This document shows, piece by piece, positions 24,601 through 37,580 of a stretch of 64,000 bases of DNA. Position 1 is the first letter of the stretch. Every line of letters starts with the position of its first letter. The notes under the pieces were generated by a model that saw nothing but the letters and a program-made list of their open reading frames with translations, made no database searches and had not been told where the DNA came from. The position numbers and the translations under genes were made by a program. The DNA comes from Phoronis australis (taxonomy: Eukaryota; Animalia; Phoronida): NCBI GenBank assembly GCA_002633005.1, contig NMRA01000267.1:405202-469201 (forward strand). The letters are read 5' to 3'.

Positions 24601-27600
24601 GTTGTCTTGAATATTTTTATCATCATCATTGGGATTTTGGTTCTTGTGAAAGCTATTTGTATATCTTGTTCAAGAAACCTAGGGAGACTCGGAAGAAGTT
24701 CAAATACAAGCTTTATAGCAGAAATAGTCAACGCAGATTTCCTGTTGATTGACATGTTGTCATCAGTGGCCAAGAAACTGACTTAAGCTTATTTTTTTAC
24801 TTTTAAGTTTAATCTTAACTTTAACTGGAATTTAAGATTTGTTGACAATAGCTAAGTCAGTTTTCTTGGAATGGGCTCGTTCCGAGATAAGTGACTTCAG
24901 ACTTAAGTCCGAAGTTTGATCCTGAGCTCCACTTCAGAAAATGTGAAAAGGCTATATTGGAATGTTCACATAACTGCTAGTCATTGAAAAAATTCCTATA
25001 ATAGTTTTAGGCTGTGATGTGCCTCTAGTTACTTGGCTAAGCTTTTATTCAGGGGGAGACTGCAAGACCCAATTTCATTCTCAGTTCTAAGTCACTTTTC
25101 GTGAAACATGACCTGGAACTGTTGCATAATAATTTCACAATTCTGGAGATGCCCCGACATTAATTATTATTATATTTCACTTGTGTCCTGAAATTTTGAT
25201 CAGTTGGAAACAGTCTTTAGAAATGCAGATTGTCATACATGTAAGTTGTCTTTGCATGCCATAATTTATTGACTGATTGTGTCAGTCATTAGGTAATTTT
25301 GTCACGGAGTATGTACATGTCATGTGGTGCATGAATGGAAAGGCACCTCAATGCAAAAAACAGTGTGACCCAATAACCAAACCTATAAAATTTTCAGATA
25401 ATACTACATGTAATTCATTTGTTCTATCAAACTTTGACTGACGAAGCATTCAGTATATGGATGATGTTTGTATAATTTTTTTCCAAAAGAATTTAGAATT
25501 TTACACAACATTTTTGGGTTTGTTTTTGTGTCACCCTGTATTACTATTTGTATGTGTGCATCAATTTCAAACAAGCTTGTGGTGAATCCTTCACGTCGAA
25601 TTGTTGCGTTTGTATATATACATTAAAAGTTTTTCTGGTAAAGCAATTGTTACTGAAAAATTAAGAAATATTGAGAAGTGAAACAGCATGGTTTTGATTT
25701 ACACATTTTAAACATTGATTAAAATGTTTTTGGCATTGATTAACATATTTTCAGCATTAATTTACAGAATGGATGTAGTGAAAATGCTTTTCCATTTTCA
25801 GCCTTCACTGTCTTATGGAATGGAAATGTATGCTGATACAATTGGTAGATTAAGTCCAGGTAAGAAGAACTTTTTCTGTTAATTCATTTGAATTTAACAA
25901 CCTGAAAATTCGCATGATGATTTATTTGAAATCCACAAGCCTATTGCAAAATTTTTTGACAAAATTCATTACCAACTCAGTTGTAAAAATGTGTACAGCA
26001 ATAATTAAAGAACTAAGATCCCAAACGGAATGTAGAACGGAGGTAGCATTTGCACTCAAATGTTTTTTATCAGGATTTAGTATTTCCTTGTATTTCAGTG
26101 TTCTCCATAACATGTTTTTACTCATCGCTATTAGAAGTTTTGTTTTCTGTTGTGATGAGTTAAAAAATGAATATGAGTTTGAACTCATAAAAGATTTTAG
26201 TGGTTTCGTCAGTAAATAAGCCCATTTTGGATGTTTGACACCAGTTCAGTGTATTGACTCAAGGCGTTACTTATTAACCCTTCATAGTATGGACATGGAC
26301 TTTTTGAATGTCATCATGCATTTTTAGTTCCCTTCTAGATTGAATTTCCTGTTTTGGAGAACAACTGGATTGTTCTGAAACCCCTTCAGCCACACACCCC
26401 ATCACACCCCTTGACCCATGAGCCCCTCAACTCATGACCCCCTTGACCCATGACCCCATTCTCATGCCACTTTTTTTTTACCAGACTTGAGCCAGAGCAT
26501 ATTCGTGTGTTGGTATGTCTTCTGGAAAAGTCATTCATTGACGTAATATGATTATGAAATATGTATGTAAAAAGTGCAAAGATACATCTATTGCCACTTG
26601 TTATTGCTTGAGGTGGTTGTGGGCCGTGTGGGTCGAGGCTGTCATGACTCGAGGGGGTCGAGGTTTTTTTAGAACCATCTGAACTAACTACTGTTGAGAA
26701 ACTATTCTGGACATTCATTTGACATAGATATCGCACTTGTACACCTGAGCATTTCAATCAACGCAAGTGGTTTTCTGTCATGTATTGGGTCACCCAAATA
26801 ACTTTGAACTTCACACACGTGGAAGCAAACATCCTGAGGCCAGTTTCACTATGGTGCTTTGCATGAGTGGGACAGCGGTAGTAGACACTTTTTTATGAAT
26901 CAGACATTCAAGTAAGTCACATACGGGAAGGTGATAGCTCAATCATTGGTAACGGGCGCATTAGGGCATGCAAAAACTAAAGATTATAACTGTGAAAGTG
27001 GCCCGTGGCAAAATGGATTAGTTAGGTAAGTTACCAAGCTGCTTTTGTCATCTTTTGAGTGTTGATGCCTTTCAGACACGGCCGTGAAGAATCAGCATGT
27101 AATCTCTGTCAAACAGGAATGTGGTGCTGCACTTGGTAGATCTTCAGAAGAAGACATTATTTCTGTAAAGAGCCCAGTGAGACTATGTGGTAGTCTTGGT
27201 AACATTTCTGCAGAAGCTATGGAAGAAGTTGATGTAAGTTGCTCCTTTGTAAAACAAGAAAGGAGTGAAGGCACAACCGCTTCTCAGGGCATCGAGCGTC
27301 CTATGCCAAGTAACATATTTTTACCAACGAAATTTGATGTGGAGTGTGAGGATTTTAGCACGGGTACTGTTGGAGATGCTAACCCTGTGACCAGGAAAGA
27401 AGATGCCTCTTCAGTTCGATTTGAGGTTCAAGAAGAGAATTATGGTGTTGAAGAAGGCAATATAAACAAAACTGGTCTACTTTTAACTGAATCAAATGCA
27501 GTGCACAGATGTACCATTTGTGAAGCTACCTTCAATCACAAAGACCAACTTTCTGATCACAATATTTCTCGTACTGGAGTAAAACAATTTCGTTGTCGAA

Positions 27601-28205
27601 AGTTTTTTCATACCAAAGCTGTTCGTAAACACCATGCGAGAATTCAAGCAGGTGCAAGACCGTACAAGTGCAATACCTGTAGTTTTACATCCCGGCAAAA
27701 AGCCCGCCTTGTTATGCATAACAGACTACACAGGAACATGAAACCATACATTTGTACAGAATGTGATCAGAGCTTTTGCTTTCAACGCTCATTTGTGGCT
27801 CACATGCAGGTGCATGCTGGTGAGAAATCTTACACATGTACTGTGTGTACCAAGACATTCGCAGCTGAACAAGATTTAATGGCACATGTGACAGTACATA
27901 CCAGATATGCACCTTTCGAGTGCCACGAGTGTGGTGCGGCGTTTCGTACAAAGTACAATCTTACAATACATATGAGAATTCATTTTGATGACCAGCCATA
28001 CAAATGTAAACTGTGTGGTTGGGCGTTTCACCAGAAATCCTACCTCATGGCTCACAGTCAAAGGCATGGAAATGAGAAGCCATACAAATGTAGTGAATGT
28101 GACCGAAACTTCCGCCACAGGCAAGCACTTGTTAAGCACAAAGAGTGGCATGTCCAACAGTTGGGACACGAGTTAGAAGCAGATAAAACAATCAAACAAC
28201 TTTGA
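21622..28205 (+). CDS. C2H2 zinc-finger protein, 567 aa; coding exons 21622-21719, 22043-22224, 24361-24596, 25802-25859, 27076-28205
   Basis: All junctions are GT-AG with matching phases (2,1,0,1). The exons total 1704 nt with no internal stop. Architecture: MDFPRILPAP...RRGRGRP, a globular domain (exons 2-3), an acidic linker with two VKQE motifs, then 2 degenerate and 6 intact CxxC...HxxxH fingers. The first coding exon has its own acceptor at 21600-21601, so a further upstream exon exists. Confidence 0.88.
22658..24193. mobile_element. non-autonomous Kolobok element, copy A, in ZNF intron 2
   Basis: TTAC|AGGAGAAGGCAACCCTTTCTCATGTCAT ... ATGACATGAAAAAAGGTTGCCTTCTCCT|TTAA, with imperfect TIRs extending over 100 bp. 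+ strand KolX stub GYMFEP...GGTSWCKCKVCTIMP.*MECLCC (22977-23228). - strand THAP (CCVLGCT...LHRFPKD...W..HVKN...GKHF) and transposase N-terminus. Confidence 0.85.
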
Positions 28206-29199
28206 AGTGAGAAATATGGCTGATGCCTCTGAACATTTAACATTGGTAAGGGGTTTCTTGTACCTTTCCGTGGAAGCTAGTATTCACAACCATTCCCTTT
28301 AAGTTGGAAAATGACCCTTGTGCACCCCAGACATCAACTTCTAAGTTGCATTCCTGCAAAAGGAAATTAACCAGGAAAAAGTCGATATCACCTGCATGTA
28401 GATGACAACTTTACAAGGTATTTTTAAGACATTTAGTACCCTTGTAATAGTTATATTTTCTCTCTTTATGTTATGTGCTATTTATGTTTATGTTATTGGC
28501 TTTATTTTTAAAAAGCATGAACAGTATTTCTGTATTTGAACCATGTTTATTTGGATGGCTATAGTGGAGTGTGCTAACCATTTCACCGCAGGAGGACAGT
28601 ACTTGTGCACTGTTTCTGTGTTATTATGTAACCATTTTCGGTCTTTTACTGGTTCAAAGAGACAGTCTGTAGTTGTTTTGAGAGATTGACCAATCAGTTG
28701 GAAGATTTTATGGGCATTGCTTTGTGGTTTAACATTTGACTTAAGGTGTGCTCTGTGTTCATCAGTGGTTGGTGTAGGTTTTTAGTCGGTCTCCCGGCTA
28801 GTTTGTATTTGTTCTATATTATTGCGTTTCAAATCGTTCAGTAATCTTGTTATAATTTTCTACTGTTGTTGATAATCGGAGTTGTGTGTAACCTATGTGT
28901 TTTTGTAGAAAGTTAGCATCTGTGATACTGTGTTGTGTTGTTTGACGCCATGTTTATAGAGGTTACTGATTTGTCAGGTATTGAACATGTTTTTCTTTTC
29001 TTTTGTTACAACCAAAATTTGCCTATCCCCCCCCCCTCCTCTGCCATCACCCGTTATCATGACATAACCGCCGTTTGGCCTCTACTTAAATGTACTCACC
29101 ACAGCCAACTACCTTTTTGGAAAAACCGATAGTTCTTTTTATTATTCTGTCTTTATTCGAATGACAAGTATAATGTCGCTTTATAATCGTAAGTTGCAT

Positions 29200-29560
29200 T
29201 TGCCGCTGTTGTATTCAGTAATGAAATAAAGCACGCCATTTCAACTATCAAACCAAAGTACTATTTTCATACCTAACTTTGTCTGAGGAGTTAGGATTGG
29301 TCGGGAAAAGCAAAATGTATTAATAAGAGCTGTCTTTTTATGCGCCCACTTATTTATATGTAAGTGGATGTGGCCCTCATCTCTGTCTGAACGTCCGCTG
29401 CTGTATCTTGTAAATGTTTGAAGGAACATGAACTTTTTTATTTGTACGGCTATTGTCCAATTTGTGCGGCCATTGTCCGTTTTTCAATCTTGTAAATGCC
29501 TTGCAGGATTTTATTAGATTTGGCAAATTCTTATCTAGCTTATGAAAATTTTGGAAACCC
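29200..29560. repeat. interspersed repeat also present at ~38870-38920 and ~43050-43200, where it is split by Kolobok copy B
   Basis: Shared ccatttcaactatcaaaccaaa and gcccac.tatttatatg...tatcttgtaaatg. Confidence 0.6.
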
Positions 29561-30227
29561 GTTAGTGTGCTGTTTGCTGCTAGTGTTACACTTAACTTTT
29601 AATATGTTTGTAATGCAACAGTCTGATGAAAAATAGCAATGCTAAATTAAAATAATGTAACTTTGAAGAACTATAGAAATAACCATGAAAGTCACTGTAA
29701 ACACTTGTTCGTTTGAAGGCAACCATCTCCGAAGAAATTAGGATCTCAAGTTACGGTCAAATCAAGAGACCAGATGTTATCCCTTTCTGCCTGTAGGTTG
29801 TCAAATTTGGTTTTGGCATCAAAATATTGAGTCTACTAAGAGCAATTGTCTTTCTTATGAATGGAGGTTGGCAGAGTAAAGAGAAGCATAAAAAACGTCA
29901 TGTTCAACTTCACTTTAGTACCGATCTCACTGCACTCGCCAATTCCTTACTGCACTGTTAATAGTAATCTGCGCTATGTGTTGCTCCTGACCCAAAAAAC
30001 TGTCGGTCGCACCAAAGGCAAAATCAACTGCATTCCGAGACAGATTATGTAAGTTCCTACTATTTGGTTCTCATGCGTTGCCCAATGAGGCCAACTATTT
30101 AATCTTTAATTAAGTTGCCAACTTTCTCCACAGTAGCTTACCTTCATTCCAAAGTGCACAGTAACTGTCTTTCACATCACTTTGTCATGAATAATATCAG
30201 ATATCTATTTTTATCTTTTCCTCCCGT

Positions 30228-30266
30228 CGCGCACGCACGCACGCACGCACGCACGCACACACGCAC
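30228..30266. repeat. (GCAC)n microsatellite
   Basis: gcgcacgcacgcacgcacgcacgcacgcacacacgcac. Confidence 0.9.
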
Positions 30267-32500
30267 ATGTTTTTGAGTGTTTTCCTAATTTACTAACTAC
30301 TATTTGAGTACCTATTCGTAGCCGAACTAAATGTGTATACATTAATATGTAAGTGTACGCGTATGTGTGTATATCTCTGCATGTAAATATGTGTAGCGTA
30401 TATTGTATACCCGGTATGTATACCCAGATACATACTGGTATAATAATTACTGTTTCGTAATGTTTCCCTGTTCTTTTACATGTATTTGATCAATAAATAA
30501 ACCTATTTTAGTTGAGAGTTCAACAAACTGAAAAGCTACAATCGAGCCGTGGCGCGTTCTGTTAAGATATCTGTGAGAATGGAACGGACACTTTGTAAGA
30601 GCGTTCACTACTTCAGGACATTCGCTATAGGCATGTAACGTGCACCTGAATGGTTGTTATAAATTAAAGAACGGAAACCATTTATAGTGTGACGTACCGT
30701 TCTATGGGGGTAAAGAGAATCTTTTTCACAAATCGTTGACGTAACATTGAACGAGTGAGTACCGGTATGTTATTTTGTCTGACGTTGGCACGTGGTAAGT
30801 TTCTATTCATTGACGTTATCCCATGCCTGTCGGTGTGCGACGGATGCGAAGTCACCCCCCACCGTGATTTGAGGCCCGACTTTTAGCCCCTATTACCTGT
30901 ATTTTTTTCAATTACCTCCGTAATGCACTTTTGTTTTACTAAAAGTACTTTTCGCTGAAAATGGAAGATTGTCAGCTATCAGTAAACAAATCGTGAATTA
31001 TTTGTAACAAATATATATTGTTAAATTGTTACGAGTCATTTACGGATTCGTGCTTACCTAACAGTTTTCGAACGGTTACGTGTTGTTGCGGGCGGTTTGC
31101 GGTCCTTTTCGTGTTAATTGAGGATAAATCAATCCGTGGATGATCGCTTGAAGATGTTTGATATGACAAAAATTGACTCTCCTTACACGTATCTTTAAGA
31201 ATGTCTGCGAGTTGTTTCGTTTTATGACAAGTTATGTACGGGTGCTTGCGATTGATTTTGATTTGGCGATACGTAAGGACTTCGCTTAAAAATCCGTGTA
31301 CACTGTATGTGAAGGCACATTAAAATGAGCCAAAAAGCCACAGCCCAAAAAACTACCTTGAACACTGCCCCTATCCACATCCACAAAAATATTTTTTTTT
31401 CTTTTTTTCAATCGGTCAATGTATAATAAAAACATGTCCTAACGTCGCGTGGATTATGTTTTTTCATGGGACGAGGGCAGCAGTTTACACCGACGATTGC
31501 ATCAACTTTTGCAGTCCGGATTTGGTCCGCTTTCTTCAGCTTAGCGCCCCCGAAGTCACATGCTGGGTTCGGACATGTATCCGATCGAAAGAATCTATGT
31601 AAGGACATGCATTTCAACCTCACTGCAGCATAGTTGTTCTTTGAAATATTCAACTTACTAACACGTCGTAGAAGCTATGGACAGCAAATGGCAAATATTG
31701 TTTACCTGTAAAAATACAAAAATATATTTTGTAAATTCAGTACTGTTTAATCAATTAACTCCTATTTGAAACAAAAAATCAAAGGTATTTTGAAAATTCA
31801 ATGCAACTGTATAAATTCAATCATGTTTCATAAATTCAGCCCTATTTTAGAAATTCAATGGTATTTTAGAAATTCTAGCTTTTTGAATGTAATAACTTTA
31901 GCGTGCCGCCCTATCTTTGCTTAGTCTCATCAATCGCCGACACGGTTGAATTCCCAAAACAGGATTGAATTCACAAAACAGGATCGATTTGAAAATGACT
32001 GAATCTGCGAAACACTATTGAATTAATAAAATAGGATCGAATTGAATTTGTAAAACAGGATTGTATTTCTAAAAATAGGATTAAAATATAAAACAGGATT
32101 GATTCGATGAAATAGGATTGCATTTATAAAGTAGCAGTGAATTTCTAAAAATAGGACTGATTTTCTAAAATGGAATCACATTTCTAAAATACCATTGGAT
32201 TTCAAAAATAGGACTGAATTCAGACCCGTTACAGCCAGGGTTATACGAGGGGTGTTCGAATTTCTAAAATGCTGGACCTTTCGATGGCATTTCGCTAGAA
32301 GTAGCGTCGACCCTCTCCATCTTTTTTTAGCGCTCTTCTGAAGCTGACAATGAGCGACGCATTAAGTTTTCCGAGCTTTATTGTCAAGAAAATCAATAGT
32401 TGAACAAAACCCAAAAGACAGGGCTACAATACACTTAACTCAATGTACATGCAAGTTCCACTCTACTAAGTACCGGTACTTCGCTCATCAGGTTAATACG

Positions 32501-33250
32501 CTACCAAATTTCATCTTTCTTTCGCTGGACAACTCTGCCAATTACTATCTCTTTGTTGCAATGAACAAGCAGCGCCAGGGACAACATTCTGTCACCACTC
32601 ATACTTGCTCGCATGAACGTGTTGAGTCTGCGTAATGTGCGAGTGGATCTCTCGCATTCACACGTCACTGGTAGTGTAGCCAAAATTTTCAGCAGTACAT
32701 TGCCGTTCGGATACAAAGTTTGGTCGCAGTCTTTAATAGTCTGGGCACATGTCGAAGGCTCATTTTGCTGGGATTTCCACTTGTGCCTCCATCGTATCCT
32801 TTCTTGTTGAAGTAACTCGGGTGAGGACAGATCTGCTTTATATTTGTTGATGACCCCGGGCTCAATTTCCCCGAAATGAGTCAATGCTAGGAGTGATGAT
32901 GCCGTAACGGTTGTTCGAGAAAAACGGGCCTCAAATTCGGATGCAATGAGATGCAGAAACGGTATCACCACTGTTCTCAAATAGTACTGTTTGACACTGG
33001 AATTTGGTGGATTTGCTCGATGTGTTTGGCGAAGCGCTTGTCGCTGCATGCTGGGTTCCACACCAACCTCCCGAGCCATGGCAACAGCTTGGTGGTCAAA
33101 TGCCAACGAAGACTTCATCCACAGTTTTGCGAAGTTTGAATCTCATTCACCATTCCGTACGTTTGTACAATATCAACTGTTGTGCTCTGCAATTTCATTG
33201 TAATGCCTTTTAGCTGAGCCACTACGTGAATGGCCGACTTTTCGAAAATA
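32501..33250 (-). pseudogene. hAT transposase C-terminal remnant with dimerisation domain (PRKRIR/THAP12-like)
   Basis: RQTHRANPP...QYYLRTVVIPFL...RF...LYPNGNVLLKILATLPVTCECERS..TLRRLNTFMRASMSGDR..SLALL. Confidence 0.9.
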
Positions 33251-34814
33251 AAGCCCAAGAAACGTAGAACGCACCATCAAATTTTGAGCTATAGGATACT
33301 GAATTGCCAAACTTTTTAAACCAAGCGTGTCTGAATGAGGGATTACACCCCACCGCATACTCTGTTAGAAAAATGTAGTCGGGAGAACGGTTTGTCGTGA
33401 TTTTTGATATGGTTATATTTTTGCATGTTTGCTTAAGGCGCTGGAAACCTCTTCTATCGAGTATGTTGCTCGAACGAACTCTGCGAGGTCGTGCACCATT
33501 GGCACTGATTTGCTGTCAACATCAGGCTTTTCTTCAATGATTGAAGACTGGTTAGTGGACATAGGCGTACATGTACTTGTTCCGGCTTGTGAACAGCACC
33601 GGTGTCCATATCGGGTTTTTCTGTAAAAAACAGGGTAGTTAAACGTCTGTTTTTCGTATCGGGGGCTATAGTGAAGATACGTAAGCTAAACTTAAAGAAT
33701 GGAAACGCTTACAAATATGTGCATCATGATGCATGTCAATCCAACGATCCACAAGTAGAGTGTACATTGTAAGTCCCAACAAAAGCGCAATCGCTTTCGA
33801 TATAGAATTCAAAAACCCTGCTATATATTCTCACTAGCAACAACCTTATTAAAAGGCGGAAAAAACAAACGATTGTGTAGCATTCCCAACTCACAAGGAC
33901 TACTCATGATACATGTAACTGAACTTAATTCTGCTACCGAGAATTCTAATCGATTAGTTCACAGCAAAAAAGTCCCAGCATAGGAAAATCCCAAACTTGT
34001 CAGTTTTATCTCCAAAATTACCACTTCCCTGCAAGCGCTAGAACAAATCTGACTACAAATCCAGAATGCTCGTTCTCTCTGGATTCTAAAATGTGACCAT
34101 AGTACACCCCTTACGACCTGCCCGCTTGGCAATTTCGAACTGTTTGACGGCCAACTGAAATCGCACCCGGTTCCGCAGATTACAGGCGGTGCAAGCAAAC
34201 TGCAGCCGCCATTTTGCATCAAAAGTAGGTCACGATTAAAAAAGTTTCAGTTTCAGTTTCCTTGAAATCATTTTCAGCGCATTCCTCCAAACAGCCGCCA
34301 ATCCTGTCGGTGGAGAATAAAACTCGTTGTCTTCAGAGGCTCCTTGAAATTGTCACTTTTTTCCTGGGAGTAATTATTCACTACAATTCGAAAAGACAAA
34401 TCAATCCGGCCAAGCACACTCGGTCTAGTCACACCATAGACGTCAATTCAGTAACTGAAAGAACCAGCACTGACTACTGATACCAAGTGCATTTGCTAGA
34501 TAACATCTGACCTGTCAGTTGGGCCACTCAATATGTTCAGCATAGGGTTTCTTGCTTCTATTCGTCAGCAAAGATGGTTATGTTTCTAGATGAAACATCA
34601 ATATCCTTATAATCAGTTAGCCATGGGGCGAACATGTCATCAGATCCAGACATAGGAACCATAGCCGCTCTTATCCACCCTTACCCGAGCTGATACCCCC
34701 TTTGAGAAGCCACGTGGAAAACTGTCCAGTAAGCAAGACTATTTTCCATGACTAGCCATGATGGCGTACAAGTCCATAAACCAATCCAACGAGGCAGGCA
34801 CTAGTTACTTGGTT

Positions 34815-35460
34815 AGGGGGCACAGAACGGTTCTTACGGGGGTTTGTCGATCAGAAAACTCGTCAATGGACTCGCCACCCCTGTATGCAAAGAATGAAAC
34901 TTTTGAATCGTGTCACGTCACAAGCCGTACAATTGATCACAGCAACTTTATTCTCTGTTGTACCTTTGAACCTTTTACTCGTGCTGAAAAGACAGGTAGA
35001 CTAAGAAAAAATAAAAGGGTCAAGAATCACAAAATCGGCACTTTTCACCCCAAAACCACCACTTCCCTGCCGATGCACGACATGAGCCAACATCAGATTC
35101 TGACTGAAGCAAATTTCCTACAGATTCAAAAATGTGGTCCAAAAGTACTGTTAACCAACAATTTTTTGCAATTGTGGCTTGTTTGAGGGCTATCTGAAAT
35201 CGCAGCCAATTTCTTCAGTCGCTAGCCAGTAATGCACAAGTGCAACAGGGTGTCGTCATCTTGAAGAAGAATGCAGCGATAGCCGAGCAAGTGGTCTCTC
35301 CTTATTCCCAGAATGTTCACAAATACCAACAACCCTCATTCACTGAGCTTACATGCAGAACCTACATAAAAATTGCCTCCAAGCCTGGCCTACGCCTAGA
35401 TTTTAATATTTTGACACTAAATCGGCCGCGGAAGCAGCCTAACTGTTAAGTGCCACCTTA
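34815..35460. mobile_element. ~650-bp MITE; a second, inverted copy runs from 63768 to the window end
   Basis: TIR-like ends TAGGGGGCACAGAACGGTT / AACTGTTAAGTGCCACCTTA. 35230-35460 is the reverse complement of 63768-64000; the spurious ORFs at the two sites share the same peptide. Confidence 0.7.
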
Positions 35461-36150
35461 GTTTGGTAGGGTGAATTGAATTCTTGTTCTCACATTGTTT
35501 TATACTTCCCTTCTGGCAGAAAACTAACCATGCCGATTTAAATGGCAATAACCAACATGGATTTCAAAGCTTGGTTTACTATGCCAAGAATTAACTTGAG
35601 ATGGCCGTAAAATTGCAAATCAATAATTTTGTATAATAAGAAACATCTACTGGTTCGGTCAAGGTTGCTGAATATCTCATTGGCTGATTAAAAAATGTCA
35701 TGCAAGAATTGTATTTTCCATTATCATTACAACAGACGTTTTAACCAAAAGGCCATCGCAGCTTCGTACAAATTCTGACTTTAAGTATCATAGTACGCCA
35801 AAGTAAAATTATACACTGAACAATGAAGTAACAAAACTTCACATTCAACCCGAAGCACAATTTACAGATACACTTGGACAGTATAGTAAAATCAACTTCA
35901 AGCAACAAAAACCGTAAATTTCCGGAAAATAGGCTCGTCGGAGATCGACCTCGAACGGCAACGGAAACAAAATAAATGCTCGGAAAGGGAGGAAAGGAGG
36001 GTGCCTACTTTATGATGTAGTTTTAAAGCATATAATTATATTTCAATCAACTCCTTCTGGATTACATTTTCTTATGATTTTTCTACGCGAATACTTTGGC
36101 GTGGCATAATAATTTGTAAAATGGCACCATATAACACTACCGCCACCAAA

Positions 36151-36152
<2 letters not shown>

Positions 36153-36248
<96 letters not shown>

Positions 36249-36285
36249 CAGTAACAGCAACAGCAGCAACAACAACAACAACAAC
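36153..36285. repeat. (CAG)30 followed by mixed CAG/CAA microsatellite
   Basis: Perfect CAG from 36153 to 36242, then CAA-rich units. Confidence 0.97.
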
Positions 36286-36620
36286 GTCAGGTTACATCTG
36301 TGTTTGTAGGAATCATAAGAAATTAGGAATAAATTGAATAACAAATAACAAAATACAATTTCTTAAAACTCACCTAGCATCTATAGAAAAATACATATTG
36401 AAAAATAGATAGACTGAACCGATTTAAACATGGTGTACAGGGATCTCTGGAATAAATAAATGACATGCGACGATATAACCGTGTGTCATTGACATTGCGA
36501 CTGCCAGTTCGATTCACTTCGGCATGTCCGCGCCCCGTATTTTGACAATAAGTAGACGCCTTCCAGATTAGGCAGTTTGGAGAGCCTCCTACTCAAACGC
36601 TCAAGTCTGGAAACAGTTAA

Positions 36621-36762
36621 GATGGTCGACGGAGCACTGAAATAAGTTGGGGGATGTAGCCCCCCCCCAGCCGGTTTGCCGCGTATGTGACAATGGGCGG
36701 CGCAGCACTGAAATTACTGGGCGGCTGTAGCCCTCCCATTCCCCTATGATGCGCCGCCCATG
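36621..36762. mobile_element. dimeric mini-MITE, copy 1
   Basis: Two ~70-bp units (..gcactgaaa..g.ggg..gtagccc..) joined by gac; ends GCGCCGCCCATG. Confidence 0.7.
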
Positions 36763-37580
36763 CTGTAGCGTCGTCGTCATTGAATACAGACGCAGCGTTG
36801 TGGAGTCCTTTGACTATTTGCAATCCCATTCCCGAAGCAACTATGGTCTATGGAACGCCCCTACATAATGGTCGGCCAACACATGTCAAAAGAGTTCTCC
36901 TCGGACAGGATATTGAAATTTAGTTTTGTTATACGGGCACCCACATGACTGAATTTTCAAAACAGATTCAATTTTGCTAAATAAGATTGCTTTCATAAAA
37001 TAGGATTACATTCATAAAATAGGATTAAATTCATGAAATAGGATTGGATTTATAAAATATCGTTATATACCTAACATAGAATTGATTTTCTTCAGTAGGA
37101 TTGGATTTAAAGAATAGCATTGAATTTTCAAAGTAGGAATAATAGTTATTTTAAATAAGATTGGATTCATTAATTGGCATTGGATTAACAAAGGTTGACG
37201 GCTGCTTACGTATTGTTGTATGAAAACCTCTTTCAAACACAACTCTGTGTTAGGGTTTTACGTGGGTTTATTCTAGAGATCTACAAGATACATCTATTCA
37301 CTATGCTGTCTAACTCTCAACTGAAAACTTGTTTGTCAGAACTAAAGATCATATGCTCATGAGTCATAATCAGATTTCAGATAATTGTTTTGCACAACTT
37401 ACATAATCTATGATTCTAGCTACCAGTGCCATATAAGGTTGTGTTTTGGACTCTGCAAGTTTAATGAAAACCACGAACATAACAATTGTGACAAGAAAAA
37501 TCGCGTCTACCTTCCAAGTAGTAAGGAAGATGACTTTCTAAAACCGCTCTGGAGTGGTGGCGTGTTACTATTATTAAACT

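Larger units (their letters stand above)
32221..36947 (-). mobile_element. hAT element with nested insertions and a candidate 8-bp TSD
   Basis: ACTGAATT flanks both sides (32213-32220, 36948-36955). It starts CAGACCCGT; the right end has a degenerate TACGGGC...TG. Its left subterminal and ~33690-33780 sequence resemble the elements at 6436 and 46017. Confidence 0.6.
31730..37190. repeat. foldback array of ~21-bp degenerate units (aaaataggattgaattt...), interrupted by a hAT insertion; ends approximate
   Basis: Units read in reverse orientation at ~31780-31880, forward at ~31945-32220, and resume at 36948-37190. Confidence 0.7.

Noticed and set aside
26485-26512. 28-nt AG...GT micro-exon candidate in ZNF intron 4
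   Set aside because: It would shift the frame and lies inside a small inverted-repeat element (~26371-26677).
27084-28205. ZNF as a stand-alone 373-aa gene starting at GTG
   Set aside because: An acceptor at 27074-27075 and in-phase upstream exons show it is the last exon.
36072-36344. poly-Leu and poly-Ser ORFs
   Set aside because: Translations of the CAG microsatellite.
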